Part shown: one piece after another, positions 49,521 through 61,282 of the stretch
Layout: each line of letters begins with the position of its first letter
Position numbering within the stretch: the stretch's first letter is position 1
Source of the DNA: an uncultured Methanosarcinaceae archaeon
GTDB taxonomy: Archaea; Halobacteriota; Methanosarcinia; Methanosarcinales; Methanosarcinaceae
DNA: 64,000 bases
Direction of reading: 5' to 3'
Assembly: GCA_963721455.1 (NCBI GenBank)
Contig: CAVRJG010000046.1
Span: 1-64,000, forward strand
Made by a program: the position numbers and the translations under genes
The notes under the pieces: model-generated
What the model saw: only the letters and a program-made list of their open reading frames with translations
The model's database searches: none
What the model was told of the DNA's origin: nothing

Positions 49521-52500
49521 TCATGATGTTACGGATGCTGAGAAAGCAGCAACCGGGGCTTTCAAAGAGTTTGCAACGCTTATATAACTATATTTTGTTA
49601 CCACACTACTGCCAGCCATATTATTTGTCGTCAAGGTAACGGTATATTGTCCTACTTTACTGTATATATGCGCTGGATTCTGTTCGGTTGAAGTATTTCC
49701 ATCTCCGAAACTCCATTTCCATGAATCGGGTGATCCTGTACTTTTGTCCGTAAAACTGATATTCAACGGCGCTTTTCCTGAAGTTGTGGATGCCGAAAAG
49801 GCGGCAACAGGAGCTTCCAGAGAGTTTGTAACACTTATATAGCTGTATTTTGTAATCACATTACTGCCAGCCATATTATTTGCCGTCAGAGTAACGGCAT
49901 ATTGTCCTGCTTTACTGTATGTATGCGTTGGATTCTGTTCGGTTGAAGTCTTTCCATCTCCGAAACTCCATTTCCATGATGTTGCATCTTCCGATAAGTC
50001 TTTAAATTGCACCGAAAAGGGAACACGGCCCTCAATAATAGAATCCTCCGACTTTGCAGCAGTTATATAGCTGTATTTTGTTACCGTATTACTGCCCTCA
50101 GAATTATTTACAATAAAGGTAACGGTATAGGTTCCTGCTGCAAAGTAAGTATGCATTGGATTCTGTTCGGTTGAATTAGATCCGTCTCCAAAGTCCCAGT
50201 TCCATTCGGTTGCATTTTCCGATAGGTCTGTAAACTGGACTGAGAGAGGAGCATAACCACTGGTTACGTTGGTACTGAAGTTTACAACAGGAAGTACTGC
50301 TGCAGGTTGTTCCTGTTCTTGAACAGTTATTGTAGCTAACCTTGAAGCTGTACCATTTGCATTGCTTGCAGTCAGAGTAACTGTATAGGTTCCTGGAGTT
50401 GTGAACTCGTGAATTGGATTTCTGTCTTCGGAATCACTAATTCCATCACCATTAAAGTCCCAGCTCACAGAAGTTGCATTTTCAGAACTGTCGTTAAACT
50501 GGACTGAGAGAGGAGCAAAACCCTCACTGACATTGGTACTGAAGTTTGCTACAGGAAGTACTGCGGCTGGTTTCTCATTGAATATCTCACTAACTATCGT
50601 TAATTTTGCTGCTGGTGGATACTCAAGAGAGTTAAACGCAACAAATGGGCCATTCATTGGTATCGCACTAGGTTCTGCATACTGGAAGTTGAATGCTGCA
50701 TATTTAGCACCTGAAGAAACCATATTTTCTAAAAATTCCGTAACATCCAGCTGAACAGTTTCCTCCCCATAATACTCAAATGTGTGGAAAAGTGTACCGG
50801 AATTAAAATCATTAAGGTCTAAGTTTCCGTCTCCACTGTATGTAAATACATCGACTTTAAAGGGATAGGGTCCATTACTGGAGAAGACACTTAAATTTAA
50901 AGTCGCATTTGTTACTGGACCAGAGATTGTCGATATGTCGAACTCGATAATACCTCTATCCTCAAATGGCATGTCGCCTCTCTCAGTGTCGAGAAATTGA
51001 ACCACGCTGTTATCCAGGGTTACATCTGCGATACCGTCTTTCGGGGAATCTAATCCGTCTCGAATAGATCCATCTACTACCGGGAATACAGACTGAACAT
51101 TTTCAGCAGATGCATTTCCAATTGGTCCAATACTCTCAGAAACAGTTATTGTAGCTAACTTTGAATTTGTACCGTTTCCATTGCTTGCTGTCAGATTAAC
51201 GGTATAGTTTCCTGCTGCAGAATAAGTATTCATTGGATTTCTTTCTGTAGAGTCAGCAATTCCATCACCATTAAAGTCCCAAGCTACTGTGTCTACATTT
51301 TCAGAACTGTCATTAAACTGGACAGCAAGCGGAGCAAAACCGCTGGTAACATTGGCGCTGAAATTCGCTACCGGAAGCACTGTTACAGGTTGATCGATTT
51401 CCTTAGGTTTAATGGTTATCTCTTTCGTGATGCCCCCTACCTTTATCTCAAAGTCTCCCGGAGGAACAGCTTTTGTATTATAGGAGTAACTGAAATCTCC
51501 GTTCGAATCCGCTTTTATCCTCTGAAAAGCCGTAATCTTCAGATTAACCTCTGAGACTCCTTCTCCAGCGTCCCCGTCAATCTTTATTTTATAGGTTCCC
51601 GAAGGGACATTTGACTGAGATACGGTTGCAGTATCTCCTGAAGCCTCTGAGCTTTTTGTTACCCAGATAACCATTTTTACCCTCACGTTGAGGTTTTCGG
51701 CTCCTCTGGCCTCGACCGTAAAGAAGTTGTTAAAGCCCTCTGGAATTTTTACGTCTTTAAGATTATATTCAAATTTTCCCTTTTGGACAGGAATGGTTTT
51801 CTCAAAGGTCACGAATACATCGACCTTCTCTTCCGGAGAAGCATTCCCATTTATATTTAGGGTCTCCCCGGAAACAGGTTCTTGAGGGAAAAATTCCCAA
51901 TCGCTAGCAGGTACAGGTTTTTCTAAAACAGTTATCGTTGAAAACGTTGAATTTGTACCGTTTTCATTGGTTGCTGTCAGATTAACTGTGTAATTGCCTA
52001 CTGTGTAGTAAGTATGCGTTGGATTCTGCTCGGTTGAATTAGCTCCGTTTCCAAAGTCCCAGTTCCATCCTGTTGCATTCTTCGAGAGATCCGTAAACTG
52101 AACAGTAAGAGGAGCATAACCCTCAGTGACATTGCTGCTGAAGTTTGCAACAGGAAGTACAGGTTGTGCTGGGAGAGGACCTATAAACTGCCCGAAAGCC
52201 TTAGGAAGGTTTCCTACGTCCACCGTGGCTGTAACATTGTTTGTGGCTGTATCAATTACAGAGATCGTTTGGTCGGCGGAGTTCGCTACGTACACGTTTG
52301 TTCCGTCCGGGGTAACAGCAACTCCAAAAGGATGCAAACCTACAGTCACCGTGGCTGTAACAGTATTGGTAGCAGTGTCAATTACAGAGACGCTATGGCT
52401 GTCAAAGTTCGTGACATATACCTTTGATCCATCCGGACTGACTGCAACTCCAAAAGGATAATCTCCTACATTCACCGTAGCAACAGTGTTGGTTGCGGTG

Positions 52501-53135
52501 TCAATTACAGAAACAGTATATTCCCATACGTTCGTCGCATATACTTTTGTTCCATCCGGGCTGACTGCAACTCCAGTAAGAGGGCTTCCTACAGTCACCA
52601 GGTGTGTAACCTTGTCTGTGGCTGTATCAATTACATAGACAGGGCCGCCTTCGTCCCCCACATATACCTTTGTTCCATCCGGGGCAACTGCAACTCCGTA
52701 AGGATGATCTCCTACAGTCAAAGTTTTCTTTACTGTGTTGTTTGCAGTGTCAATCATAGATACGGTACCGTCGCCCCCGTTCGCCACATATACCGTTTTT
52801 CTATCAGGGGTGACTGCAACTCCTTCAGGGATACTTCCTACATTCACCGTGGCTGTAACAGTGTTTGTGACTGTATCAATCACAGAGATATTATTGCTGT
52901 AACTGTTCGTCACATACACTTTTGTCCCATCCGGAGTGACTGCAACTCCCAAAGGATGCGAACCTACAGGCACAGTGGCTGTAATAGTGTTTGTTGCTGT
53001 GTCAATTACAGAGACATTGTCATCGCCGTAATTCGTAATATATGCATATGGCGATGCGCCTGCAGTACTCACCAGCATTAAAATCATAGCTGTTGAAACT
53101 AAAGCTATCGAATACAACTTATTATTAGGTTTCAT
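49521..53135 (-). CDS. Cell-surface protein: YVTN beta-propeller, multiple PKD domains and two inserted beta domains; truncated at its last PKD
   Basis: Signal peptide; seven P.GVAV.PDG.KVYV.N-type repeats; WDF/WSF PKD repeats; stop at TCA TGA AAA GCG CCG where other repeats read SGKAP. Confidence 0.93.
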   Translation of the reverse strand: MKPNNKLYSIALVSTAMILMLVSTAGASPYAYITNYGDDNVSVIDTATNTITATVPVGSHPLGVAVTPDGTKVYVTNSYSNNISVIDTVTNTVTATVNVGSIPEGVAVTPDRKTVYVANGGDGTVSMIDTANNTVKKTLTVGDHPYGVAVAPDGTKVYVGDEGGPVYVIDTATDKVTHLVTVGSPLTGVAVSPDGTKVYATNVWEYTVSVIDTATNTVATVNVGDYPFGVAVSPDGSKVYVTNFDSHSVSVIDTATNTVTATVTVGLHPFGVAVTPDGTNVYVANSADQTISVIDTATNNVTATVDVGNLPKAFGQFIGPLPAQPVLPVANFSSNVTEGYAPLTVQFTDLSKNATGWNWDFGNGANSTEQNPTHTYYTVGNYTVNLTATNENGTNSTFSTITVLEKPVPASDWEFFPQEPVSGETLNINGNASPEEKVDVFVTFEKTIPVQKGKFEYNLKDVKIPEGFNNFFTVEARGAENLNVRVKMVIWVTKSSEASGDTATVSQSNVPSGTYKIKIDGDAGEGVSEVNLKITAFQRIKADSNGDFSYSYNTKAVPPGDFEIKVGGITKEITIKPKEIDQPVTVLPVANFSANVTSGFAPLAVQFNDSSENVDTVAWDFNGDGIADSTERNPMNTYSAAGNYTVNLTASNGNGTNSKLATITVSESIGPIGNASAENVQSVFPVVDGSIRDGLDSPKDGIADVTLDNSVVQFLDTERGDMPFEDRGIIEFDISTISGPVTNATLNLSVFSSNGPYPFKVDVFTYSGDGNLDLNDFNSGTLFHTFEYYGEETVQLDVTEFLENMVSSGAKYAAFNFQYAEPSAIPMNGPFVAFNSLEYPPAAKLTIVSEIFNEKPAAVLPVANFSTNVSEGFAPLSVQFNDSSENATSVSWDFNGDGISDSEDRNPIHEFTTPGTYTVTLTASNANGTASRLATITVQEQEQPAAVLPVVNFSTNVTSGYAPLSVQFTDLSENATEWNWDFGDGSNSTEQNPMHTYFAAGTYTVTFIVNNSEGSNTVTKYSYITAAKSEDSIIEGRVPFSVQFKDLSEDATSWKWSFGDGKTSTEQNPTHTYSKAGQYAVTLTANNMAGSNVITKYSYISVTNSLEAPVAAFSASTTSGKAPLNISFTDKSTGSPDSWKWSFGDGNTSTEQNPAHIYSKVGQYTVTLTTNNMAGSSVVTKYSYISVANSLKAPVAAFSASVTS

Positions 53136-53382
53136 TTATCGTTCTCCAATTTTTAATATTCGGACAGTAAAAAACAGACATCACAAAAAACTGTTAAAAA
53201 TTACTACTTAAGATACAGTTAAAAAATATAAACATGTCTATTAGAATTTTGGCTTTACACAGATCATTGAATTTGATAAAAGCTATCAAGTGGCGGTTAG
53301 CCGATAAGGGTCGATGTAAAAATGCTCAGATTTAACAACACAAAATGTAAACTGCACATATAAAAAATTTAAAACGAGTTAA

Positions 53383-53637
53383 AAAGGAGAGATTGAACTA
53401 ATTAATGTAGCCTCGCAGGAAGACTCCAAAATTAGGGAATCCTCCCGCCTGCAGGCAAGACTAGAAGAATTACAGGCCCACAATGAAGCGTTAAAGAAAG
53501 AACTTGAGAATGCAAGCCAGAGAGAACAAGACCTCAAAAGCATGCATAATAATTACCTGCTACCGGTTCAAACACTCATCAATCAGAAAGCAATTGAAGC
53601 TCCTCGAGCTAAAAAGCCATGGTATAAGTTTTGGTGA
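53383..53637 (+). pseudogene. Start-less coiled-coil remnant ending KKPWYKFW
   Basis: LQARLEELQAHNEALKKELE...QTLINQKAIEAPRAKKPWYKFW*; no in-frame start before the coiled coil. Confidence 0.6.
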
Positions 53638-53889
53638 AGTTTAAAACACTCTTTTTTAGCTTATTACCCATTAACTATCTTACGAATCTTATCAAAGGCA
53701 ATCAATAAAGTAATAACAGCCACACCCGCCTTAACTCATAATAAAAATTCATTCTAAGACCTCCTAATTCTGAGACCTCCTAATATAGTATGAGGGAAAC
53801 AGATCTAAAAAATTAACTGAGGATTTAACATCTGACCTGTTTTTTATTGCAGTTGTTGTCCCGTCTGCTCCTTCTGTTTTTAATATCTT

Positions 53890-54007
53890 CAGGACTTACG
53901 CACTTGAAGTAAAAATCAAGCACAATTGAAGTTGTGGTTTAAAGTTATATTTTAAACAGTTAAAGGTTTAATGTTATTGATTTCTCAGTTCAACCGCGTA
54001 AGTCCTG
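53890..54007. mobile_element. MITE
   Basis: TIR CAGGACTTACGC / GCGTAAGTCCTG. Confidence 0.75.
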
Positions 54008-54138
54008 CAAACAGAACATGTAAAATGGATGAAAGCTCGAAGTTAATGGATTGTAATCCGGTACTTGAGCTTTAGCTCGATACCAAGTATCAGGATAAAA
54101 TCGAATTAAAAGTACTTTAAACAAAAAAGAATTTTAGA

Positions 54139-54212
54139 AGCCTCGTGCGTGATTTGAACACGCGACCTAGTGATTACAAGTCACTCGCTCTACCGGGCTG
54201 AGCCAACGAGGC
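54139..54212 (-). tRNA. tRNA-Thr(UGU)
   Basis: GCCTCGT acceptor stem, AGTGA-CT-TGT-AA-TCACT anticodon arm, GTTCAAATC T-loop; CCA not encoded. Confidence 0.96.
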
Positions 54213-55128
54213 AAATTGGAACTGACTGCAGACTTATCTAAATACAATACTTACAGATAAACTTTATGGCAGATTTCTTTTTCCGAAAGTCACCCGCCAT
54301 GTTTTAACTGCTTTCTTTTCTCTTTTTGCCTCTTTACTTCGATTATGATACATAAGCCTTATGGCATTCTTCCTCTATATCTCGCTTAAAGTGTTGCTAT
54401 TTCTCTATTTTTCAGGCTTGTTTGGCAGTGTCGCAAATTTGCTGTAAATTCGAAGTTAAGTTTTTATGTACTGTGTGTAATTTCGTTCTTCCGATATGGA
54501 ATTTTTAAACTACCAACTTTTTGAGATTTATGATTTTACAGCAAAATCGGCACACTGCCGCTTGTTTCCTGCAGTTTTTGGTACTTGTTACATGGATTAT
54601 AGCAACAGAACACTAAAATATTGCTATAATCAACGTAGCATGGAAATTTTTTGAGCACAGGTACTGCGGTCACTTTCAGATTACTTTTCAGAACAAGCCA
54701 GATCCTTATGTTGGAATTATGATTAATTACCATGGGGAACTAAGGGACCAAGAAAACAATATTCATCCCGAGTCTATCATTGCAATTGACGGGAGAAATA
54801 CATCGAAATTGAGCCAAGAGGAAATTCCGGCCGTAAGCCAGATAAAATGAGACCATTGTAAAGTATCGACGAGAATAAAAACCAGTCAAATTGCGTTTTC
54901 TTTATCAAATCTCAATTTTATTAGCCGATATGATATGTATATATATTAAAATTTATATATCTTTTGCATTATATTGTTGCAACTGTTTTTTGACTGCATA
55001 GTTCTCAATAAGGTAGGAAAATACCGGGGTCGTATAAGATCGTTTGGATGATTCATATTACATCTGCCGCTCCGAAACAGCGAAACGAGAACGGACAGCA
55101 GAGCAGAATTCTTAATGGGGAATAATTG

Positions 55129-55680
55129 GATGACGTAATTTTTGGATCGATGCAGCTCTTAGACATCATGTTCGATAATCCAGGTTTCCATGGTCAGATC
55201 TGCTGTGAACTTGAATCCGTGATGGAGAAAGGAATGCCCATCTCATTGACCTGATATTAGTATGGAAAGATTAAGAAGGGAATATTAGGCATATGGAAAC
55301 TACACAGTTGGATGAAGAGGAGAAAATGCTTTTTGGAGCCGTTATAGGAGAACTCATTTGGTATGGAACCGGCGGCGAAGATGGGAGATAAAAGGCACTG
55401 AGGCAGGAATCCTGGCAGCAGCCTAGGTAAATTACGGAATCACCGAGAAAGATATCCTAGAGATAGCCGAGACCATTCATAACGGTACCGCCCCTGATAT
55501 CCTCATCATCGAACACCTCTGGGCAAAAAATCTGAAGCAGGAGATCCGCGAAGCTGGAATAATCCTGGTCCCCCAGGGCATGCTCACACCCGAGCTTCTC
55601 GTTGCCGTTGTAGAAGAACTGGCAGAGGCGGTTAAATCTGGCAGAGAAGAAAAAACCGGGATCCAGGGTAGAGTCTGCAG
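55129..55680 (+). pseudogene. Decayed DUF1269/DUF6325-like gene
   Basis: Fragments FHGQI..EL, LIDLILVWKD*EG, FGAVIG, LIIEHLWAKNLK, GMLTPELL broken by stops and frameshifts. Confidence 0.6.
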
Positions 55681-55775
55681 TCTGAATGGCTGCCCGCTCG
55701 AATTCCTATATAAAAAAATTATTACCGGAAGTTTTGCTTCAAATTTTATAGAAGAAAATTAGCAGCAAGAAAAGA

Positions 55776-56849
55776 TTGGAGGATGTGAACATAAATGCGA
55801 ATACTGGTTCAATACCAGCCAAAGTTCTAATTTATAGCACTGCTGCAGTTCTCCTGACACTTGGTATGAAGGCGATTTCAACTATACTGTTGCCGGTTTT
55901 TTTCGCTCTTTTTGCCTATTTAATCTTTGCCCCTCTGGTTCACTGGCTCCAGAGGAAAGGGGTTCCGGGAACGGTTAGTGTTCTTCTGGTGATCCTTTTT
56001 TTCATTTTTGTTTTTTTTGGAACCGCAATTCTGTTTGCAAGCTCTTTACTCCAGCTCAGTGGGCGGATTCCAAGCTATGAAAATCAGTTGGAGAGTATTC
56101 TGAACAGTATTTCAACATATTTGCCTGCATCTGGAGTTTCCGTGGAATCGGTCCTGCAAGATATTGCAGCATTTGCTTTCAGTGTGTCTGGGGATATTAT
56201 TTCAGGAACCTTAAATGCCGGGTCAACACTTGTGCTCATTGTTATCACGACAACGTTTTTACTTCTGGATGCTGCAGGTGTGCCAGAAAAGGCGCAAAAA
56301 GAAGTTGAAGAGCAACCAGTCCATCTTTCGCGGTTTACCGAATTAAGCAGAACCGTCATAAATTACATGCTCCTGAGGACTGAGACCAATTTGTTTGGGG
56401 GCATTGGAGTTGCCATACTTCTCTTTATTGGGGGTATAGATTTTCCTATTCTCTGGGGCCTTCTGTTCTTCCTGTTCGGTTATATCCCTTATCTGGGTTT
56501 TTATCTTGCCGCTATTCCACCTATGCTCCTTGGCCTGTTCAAATACGGGCCTATAGGGGCACTGGGTATCCTTGCCGCCATCACTATTGTCAATGCGCTC
56601 GTAGAAGATGTTATTTTTCCATCTCTTGCAGGAAAAGGCCTTAAATTATCTCCGACGATTGTATTTCTTTCTTTATTTTACTGGTCTTATGTGCTTGGGA
56701 CTGCAGGCGCACTGATTGCTGTACCCCTTACAATGGTCGTGAAGATGATCCTGGAAAGTTCCGAAGATACGCGCTGGATGGCTAAACTGATGGAATCAAG
56801 TGGGGATAGAGATCAGGATGAGGAAAAGATTATAGGAAATTCATCTTGA
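55776..56849 (+). CDS. AI-2E family transporter
   Basis: Multiple TM; P.V.WL..KG.P, YIPY.G, P.L.G.GL.LSP, GALIAVPL. Confidence 0.9.
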   Translation: MEDVNINANTGSIPAKVLIYSTAAVLLTLGMKAISTILLPVFFALFAYLIFAPLVHWLQRKGVPGTVSVLLVILFFIFVFFGTAILFASSLLQLSGRIPSYENQLESILNSISTYLPASGVSVESVLQDIAAFAFSVSGDIISGTLNAGSTLVLIVITTTFLLLDAAGVPEKAQKEVEEQPVHLSRFTELSRTVINYMLLRTETNLFGGIGVAILLFIGGIDFPILWGLLFFLFGYIPYLGFYLAAIPPMLLGLFKYGPIGALGILAAITIVNALVEDVIFPSLAGKGLKLSPTIVFLSLFYWSYVLGTAGALIAVPLTMVVKMILESSEDTRWMAKLMESSGDRDQDEEKIIGNSS

Positions 56850-57367
56850 AGTTCTAAAGACCTGTGATTTCAAAATTAATTAGTCACTGCGATTCAGAGT
56901 AGATGCACAAGTTGATGCTACTTGGCTTTGTATTCGAATGCGTCTAATGCAACGACTATGAGATTTTTCTATACTATGCTATAAGAATCTATGTTTTGGT
57001 GCTTGTATTATTGTAACTACCATCTGAATTGTTAGGGAACATGAAAGACTACAATATCTCCAATGTTTCTTATGATAAGTCCTGCAAAAGGAGAGCAAGT
57101 GCAACAATAAAATGTAAAATCGGCCATTCAGAAAACCACGAATCATAAGATAACGGCTTTCTTGTTTTTATAGCAGTGTGTAGGTATTATTGGAATCTAT
57201 TTGGACGAAATTTCATAAAATTAAAATAGATAAGAAGGATTATAGTTTTAGAGTTTTTAAACGTTAAGAGAAAAAGAAGGATTATTGAGAGCCTATTTTT
57301 TAGATATATAACCGCGAACTTCTAACCAATATATATTATTAACCGAAGGTATAATATACCGCTTAAG

Positions 57368-57937
57368 ATGTGGCAGGAAATAGCAAAATACGGGCGCAAG
57401 CTTGTTGAACACGGGCTTGTTGAATCCAATTTCGGGAATATCAGTCTCAGGGCTGGCGATAAAATGCTTATTACCCGGACAGGGGCAGCTCTTGATGAGA
57501 TCACCGGGAATAGTATTGTTGAGGTGGACATTCAGGACACTTCGTCTCTGGACATAATTGCATCTTCCGAAACCGTCGTACACAGGGAGATTTACAGGCA
57601 GACTTCTGCTCTTGCAATCATTCACGCTCACTGTCAATACGCAGTTGTTGAGTCCCTGCTTGCAGGCCCCGGAGGGATAATTGCGCCTGTAGATAGCGAA
57701 GGGCAATACTTTCTGGGGGATATTCCTGTGGTCGGAGGGGGAATAGGCAGCCGCGAGCTTGCAGGAAATCTTGCAAATATACTATCGAGACACAGAGGCG
57801 CTGTAGTTTACAGTCATGGAACTTTTGCAATCGGGAGAACGCTTGGAGATGCATATATAGTGACCACACAGCTTGAACATTCTTGTAAAGTTAAATACCT
57901 GTATGAGCGTGCAGTTGCAGAAAAGGGAAATAAGTAA
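57368..57937 (+). CDS. Class II aldolase (fuculose-1-phosphate aldolase family)
   Basis: GNIS.R, SSE..VH, HAH, HG. Confidence 0.88.
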   Translation: MWQEIAKYGRKLVEHGLVESNFGNISLRAGDKMLITRTGAALDEITGNSIVEVDIQDTSSLDIIASSETVVHREIYRQTSALAIIHAHCQYAVVESLLAGPGGIIAPVDSEGQYFLGDIPVVGGGIGSRELAGNLANILSRHRGAVVYSHGTFAIGRTLGDAYIVTTQLEHSCKVKYLYERAVAEKGNK

Positions 57938-58125
57938 ACTTATCTATTGAGTGTGCGGATAACTATACAGCCTTAAGTATAAATATAAAAAGCAGGTAAA
58001 CACAGAAACGATATAATTCAGCAGATCCAAACCGGCATACTGAGCAAGACAAGGTGCCTGTTTTTGGGGCAGCTCTCTATCACTATATTCACGATATATA
58101 TCTAAAGGAAGAATCATCGAGTACC

Positions 58126-58737
58126 ATGACGTTTAATACCCTGAGACCTTTTGCCTCAAAAGTCATCGAACCGCTGGCAGACTTTTTAATCCGATTTGAG
58201 GTCTCACCTGATACAGTTTCCATAGCTTCCCTTGTCTGTGCCTTTTTTGCAGGGCTCAGTTTTTACTATTCTCCGGCAGCTAAGGAACTCGTCCTGTTGG
58301 CAGGCATCCTGGTGATATTTAACTCACTTCTTGATGCCCTTGACGGGGTAATTGCACGGAAATCCAATAGGGCCACTCCCAGAGGCGATTTTCTGGATCA
58401 CGTTATCGACCGCTATTCGGATGTTTTCATTATATGCAGTATCTTTTTTGCAGGTTATGTTCCCTGGCAGATCGGAGTTGCGGCAATAGTAGGTGTGCTT
58501 CTTACCAGCTATCTCGGAACCCAGGCTCAAGCCCTCAATCTGGGAAGGTACTATGGGGGGATTATGGGCAGGGCTGATCGCCTTGTAGTTATAATTCTTG
58601 CAGCTTTCATCAACTTTGTCTTTTCATCATTGATCGCAGGTTTTTCAATCCTGGGCTGGGCTGTCATCCTAATTGCTGTAACCAGTCATATAACTGCAAT
58701 CCAGAGGATTATCTATATCTGGAAGAACCTGAGCTGA
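58126..58737 (+). CDS. CDP-alcohol phosphatidyltransferase (archaetidyl-headgroup synthase family)
   Basis: DALDG.IAR......RG.FLD...DRY.D. Confidence 0.9.
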   Translation: MTFNTLRPFASKVIEPLADFLIRFEVSPDTVSIASLVCAFFAGLSFYYSPAAKELVLLAGILVIFNSLLDALDGVIARKSNRATPRGDFLDHVIDRYSDVFIICSIFFAGYVPWQIGVAAIVGVLLTSYLGTQAQALNLGRYYGGIMGRADRLVVIILAAFINFVFSSLIAGFSILGWAVILIAVTSHITAIQRIIYIWKNLS

Positions 58738-58859
58738 TGGCATCTTTTTTGAATCATCTTGTAATAATTTTTATCTCAATTCATGGAAGTTTCCGTTACT
58801 CCTGAATGCAGGCTTCTGAAGCGGATAAGTTAATGTAACACAAAACCCAATACTTGACT

Positions 58860-59300
58860 ATGCCGTCTCAACAAAAACCGTATGAGTACCTGGAACACAC
58901 GGCAGACGCGAAATTCCGGGCTTATGGAAATACTCTGGAAGAAGTATTCGAAAATGCAGCTCTCGCGATGTTCAATGTTATGATCGATACCAAGAAAGTA
59001 TCGGGAGAGATGGCAAGGGAGATCTGTCTTAATTCTCCTGATCTGGAGTCCCTGCTTGTGGATTGGCTTTCTGAACTTCTGTACATCTTTGAAGTGGATG
59101 AGGTTGTTTTTCGGAAATTCCGGGTTGAGGAGATCAGGGAAGTGGAGGGCGGGTACTCAATAAAAGCCCGGGCTTTCGGGGAAAGATTTGAACGTGGAAG
59201 CCATCCCTTCGAAACCGATATCAAAGCCGTCACTTACAATCAGCTCGAAGTTTCAAAGACCGAAGAAGGCTGGGAAGCCCAGGTTGTTGTTGATATTTAA
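58860..59300 (+). CDS. Archease
   Basis: EHTAD, W.SELL, IKAVTY, VVDI C-terminus; upstream of rtcB. Confidence 0.93.
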   Translation: MPSQQKPYEYLEHTADAKFRAYGNTLEEVFENAALAMFNVMIDTKKVSGEMAREICLNSPDLESLLVDWLSELLYIFEVDEVVFRKFRVEEIREVEGGYSIKARAFGERFERGSHPFETDIKAVTYNQLEVSKTEEGWEAQVVVDI

Positions 59301-59643
59301 GGACACAGAGTTTCAAAATCCGGAATCCGGCTGGCGTATTGTCTGTTAATTTCTTTTTTATCAGTTTTGCAGGCTATATATTCATTTATGTGAATAATTT
59401 CTGTGGGCAATTCTCCTGGCCGGCATCATTATATCCAGATTGAATTTCATTTAGTCCCAATTGGATCTTATTAGATCTCAAATTGAACTTCTTTACATAA
59501 TATTCAGGATTCCTTTATCAGATATTCATGCAGCCCAAAGGCTCGTATCTCAATATTATTCAATCCATTACAGACCTTTAAGGAAACAGCAAATAAACAA
59601 GTAATTTCAACTTATATAGGCAAATTAACACTGGAGCATCGAT

Positions 59644-61146
59644 ATGACAGAGAGTGAGGAGACAGGTACTGAGGAGACGGATACGGAAAGTGTTCCCCAA
59701 GCAGCGCGTGGAATGGTCAGGAAGCTTTCCGATAACAGCTGGGAAATCCCAATAGGGCACACGCCGGGAATGAGGGTTCCTGGGCGCCTTTTTGTGTCGG
59801 AAAGTTTGCTTGAGGGTATCGATCCGGGAACCATTGAGCAGATTGCAAACGTGGCAACTCTTCCCGGCATTCTGAAGTATTCCATGGCAATGCCTGATGC
59901 CCACCTGGGCTACGGGTTTGCAATCGGCGGGGTTGCGGCTTTTGACAGGGAAGAAGGAATTATCAGCCCCGGAGGGGTGGGGTTTGACATCAACTGCGGG
60001 GTCAGGCTAATTCGCACTAACCTGCAGAAAGAGGACGTGGTTCCCCATATTGAGGCGCTTACCGACGCCCTTTTCCATAATGTTCCCTCAGGAGTCGGCT
60101 CAAAAAGCCGTATCAGGGCTTCTGACCGGGAGCTTGATGACGCTTTTCTCCATGGGGCAAAATGGGCTGTGGAGGCCGGGTATGGAGTTGAGGCAGACAT
60201 GGAACACTGTGAGGCAGACGGTTTCCTGGATGGCGCCGATCCTTCTCACGTGAGCGCGAAAGCCAGGACCCGGGGCAAGCCCCAGTTCGGGACCCTTGGG
60301 AGCGGAAACCATTTCCTTGAAGTCCAGTATGTAGATGAGATCTATGACAGGGATGTGGCTTCGGCTTTCGGGCTTGAAGAAGGGCAGGTCACAGTGATGA
60401 TCCACTGCGGTTCACGGGGTGCGGGACACCAGATCTGCACGGATCACCTCAAGGAGCTTTCCCAGGCCGTAAAGAAGTACGGGATCCAGATTCCGGACAA
60501 ACAGCTTGCATGTGCTCCGGCTCAGTCAAGGGAGGCACAGAACTACTTCAAAGCCATGCTCTGTGCTGCAAACTACGCCTGGGCTAACCGTCAGGTGATC
60601 ACCCACTGGACTAGAGAAACATTTGAAAAGATCTTCGGCAGGGATGCTGACGATCTGGGAATGGACCTCCTTTATGACGTTGCTCATAACGTGGCAAAAC
60701 TTGAAGAGCACATTGTGGACGGCAGGAAAAAAGAGGTATATGTGCACCGGAAAGGGGCTACAAGGGCATTTCCCCCGGAGCATCCCGAAGTTCCGGCGGC
60801 TTACCGGGCTGTAGGACAACCGGTTTTGATCCCGGGGAGCATGGGGACCCCCTCCTTTATCCTTTGCGGCACAAAAGAAGCAATGGATATCTCTTTCGGC
60901 AGTGCCTGTCACGGGGCCGGGAGGGTCATGAGCAGGGCACATGCAAAGAAAGAATTCCGCGGACAGACTATAAAAGAAAACCTTGAGGCTCAAGGCATTA
61001 CAGTAAGAGCAACGCATCCTTCAGTAATTGCAGAGGAAGCTCCGGGTGTATACAAATCCAGCAGCGAAGTGGTAAATGTCGTGCACGAGCTTGGCATTGC
61101 GCGTAAGGTTGCAAGAGTTATTCCTTTAGGGGTTGCAAAAGGTTAA
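59644..61146 (+). CDS. rtcB: RtcB tRNA-splicing/RNA ligase
   Basis: [45 protein letters not shown]. Confidence 0.96.
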   Translation: MTESEETGTEETDTESVPQAARGMVRKLSDNSWEIPIGHTPGMRVPGRLFVSESLLEGIDPGTIEQIANVATLPGILKYSMAMPDAHLGYGFAIGGVAAFDREEGIISPGGVGFDINCGVRLIRTNLQKEDVVPHIEALTDALFHNVPSGVGSKSRIRASDRELDDAFLHGAKWAVEAGYGVEADMEHCEADGFLDGADPSHVSAKARTRGKPQFGTLGSGNHFLEVQYVDEIYDRDVASAFGLEEGQVTVMIHCGSRGAGHQICTDHLKELSQAVKKYGIQIPDKQLACAPAQSREAQNYFKAMLCAANYAWANRQVITHWTRETFEKIFGRDADDLGMDLLYDVAHNVAKLEEHIVDGRKKEVYVHRKGATRAFPPEHPEVPAAYRAVGQPVLIPGSMGTPSFILCGTKEAMDISFGSACHGAGRVMSRAHAKKEFRGQTIKENLEAQGITVRATHPSVIAEEAPGVYKSSSEVVNVVHELGIARKVARVIPLGVAKG

Positions 61147-61282
61147 GTTAAGATCTTATGACGAAAAACAGGTTCAGATCCTGAAATGAGTAAACATCGG
61201 AAGTTTCTGGAATACTTTGGCATGCAGAATGAAATTTTTAACCTTAATTTTTTCTTTTAATATTTTCTTTAATTCTTTTCTT

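Noticed and set aside
49521-49523. Selenocysteine recoding of the in-consensus TGA
   Set aside because: The position is a structural Gly in the repeat, and the downstream frame stops within a few codons
58860-61146. Archease-RtcB as a novel system
   Set aside because: Well-established tRNA ligase/activator pair
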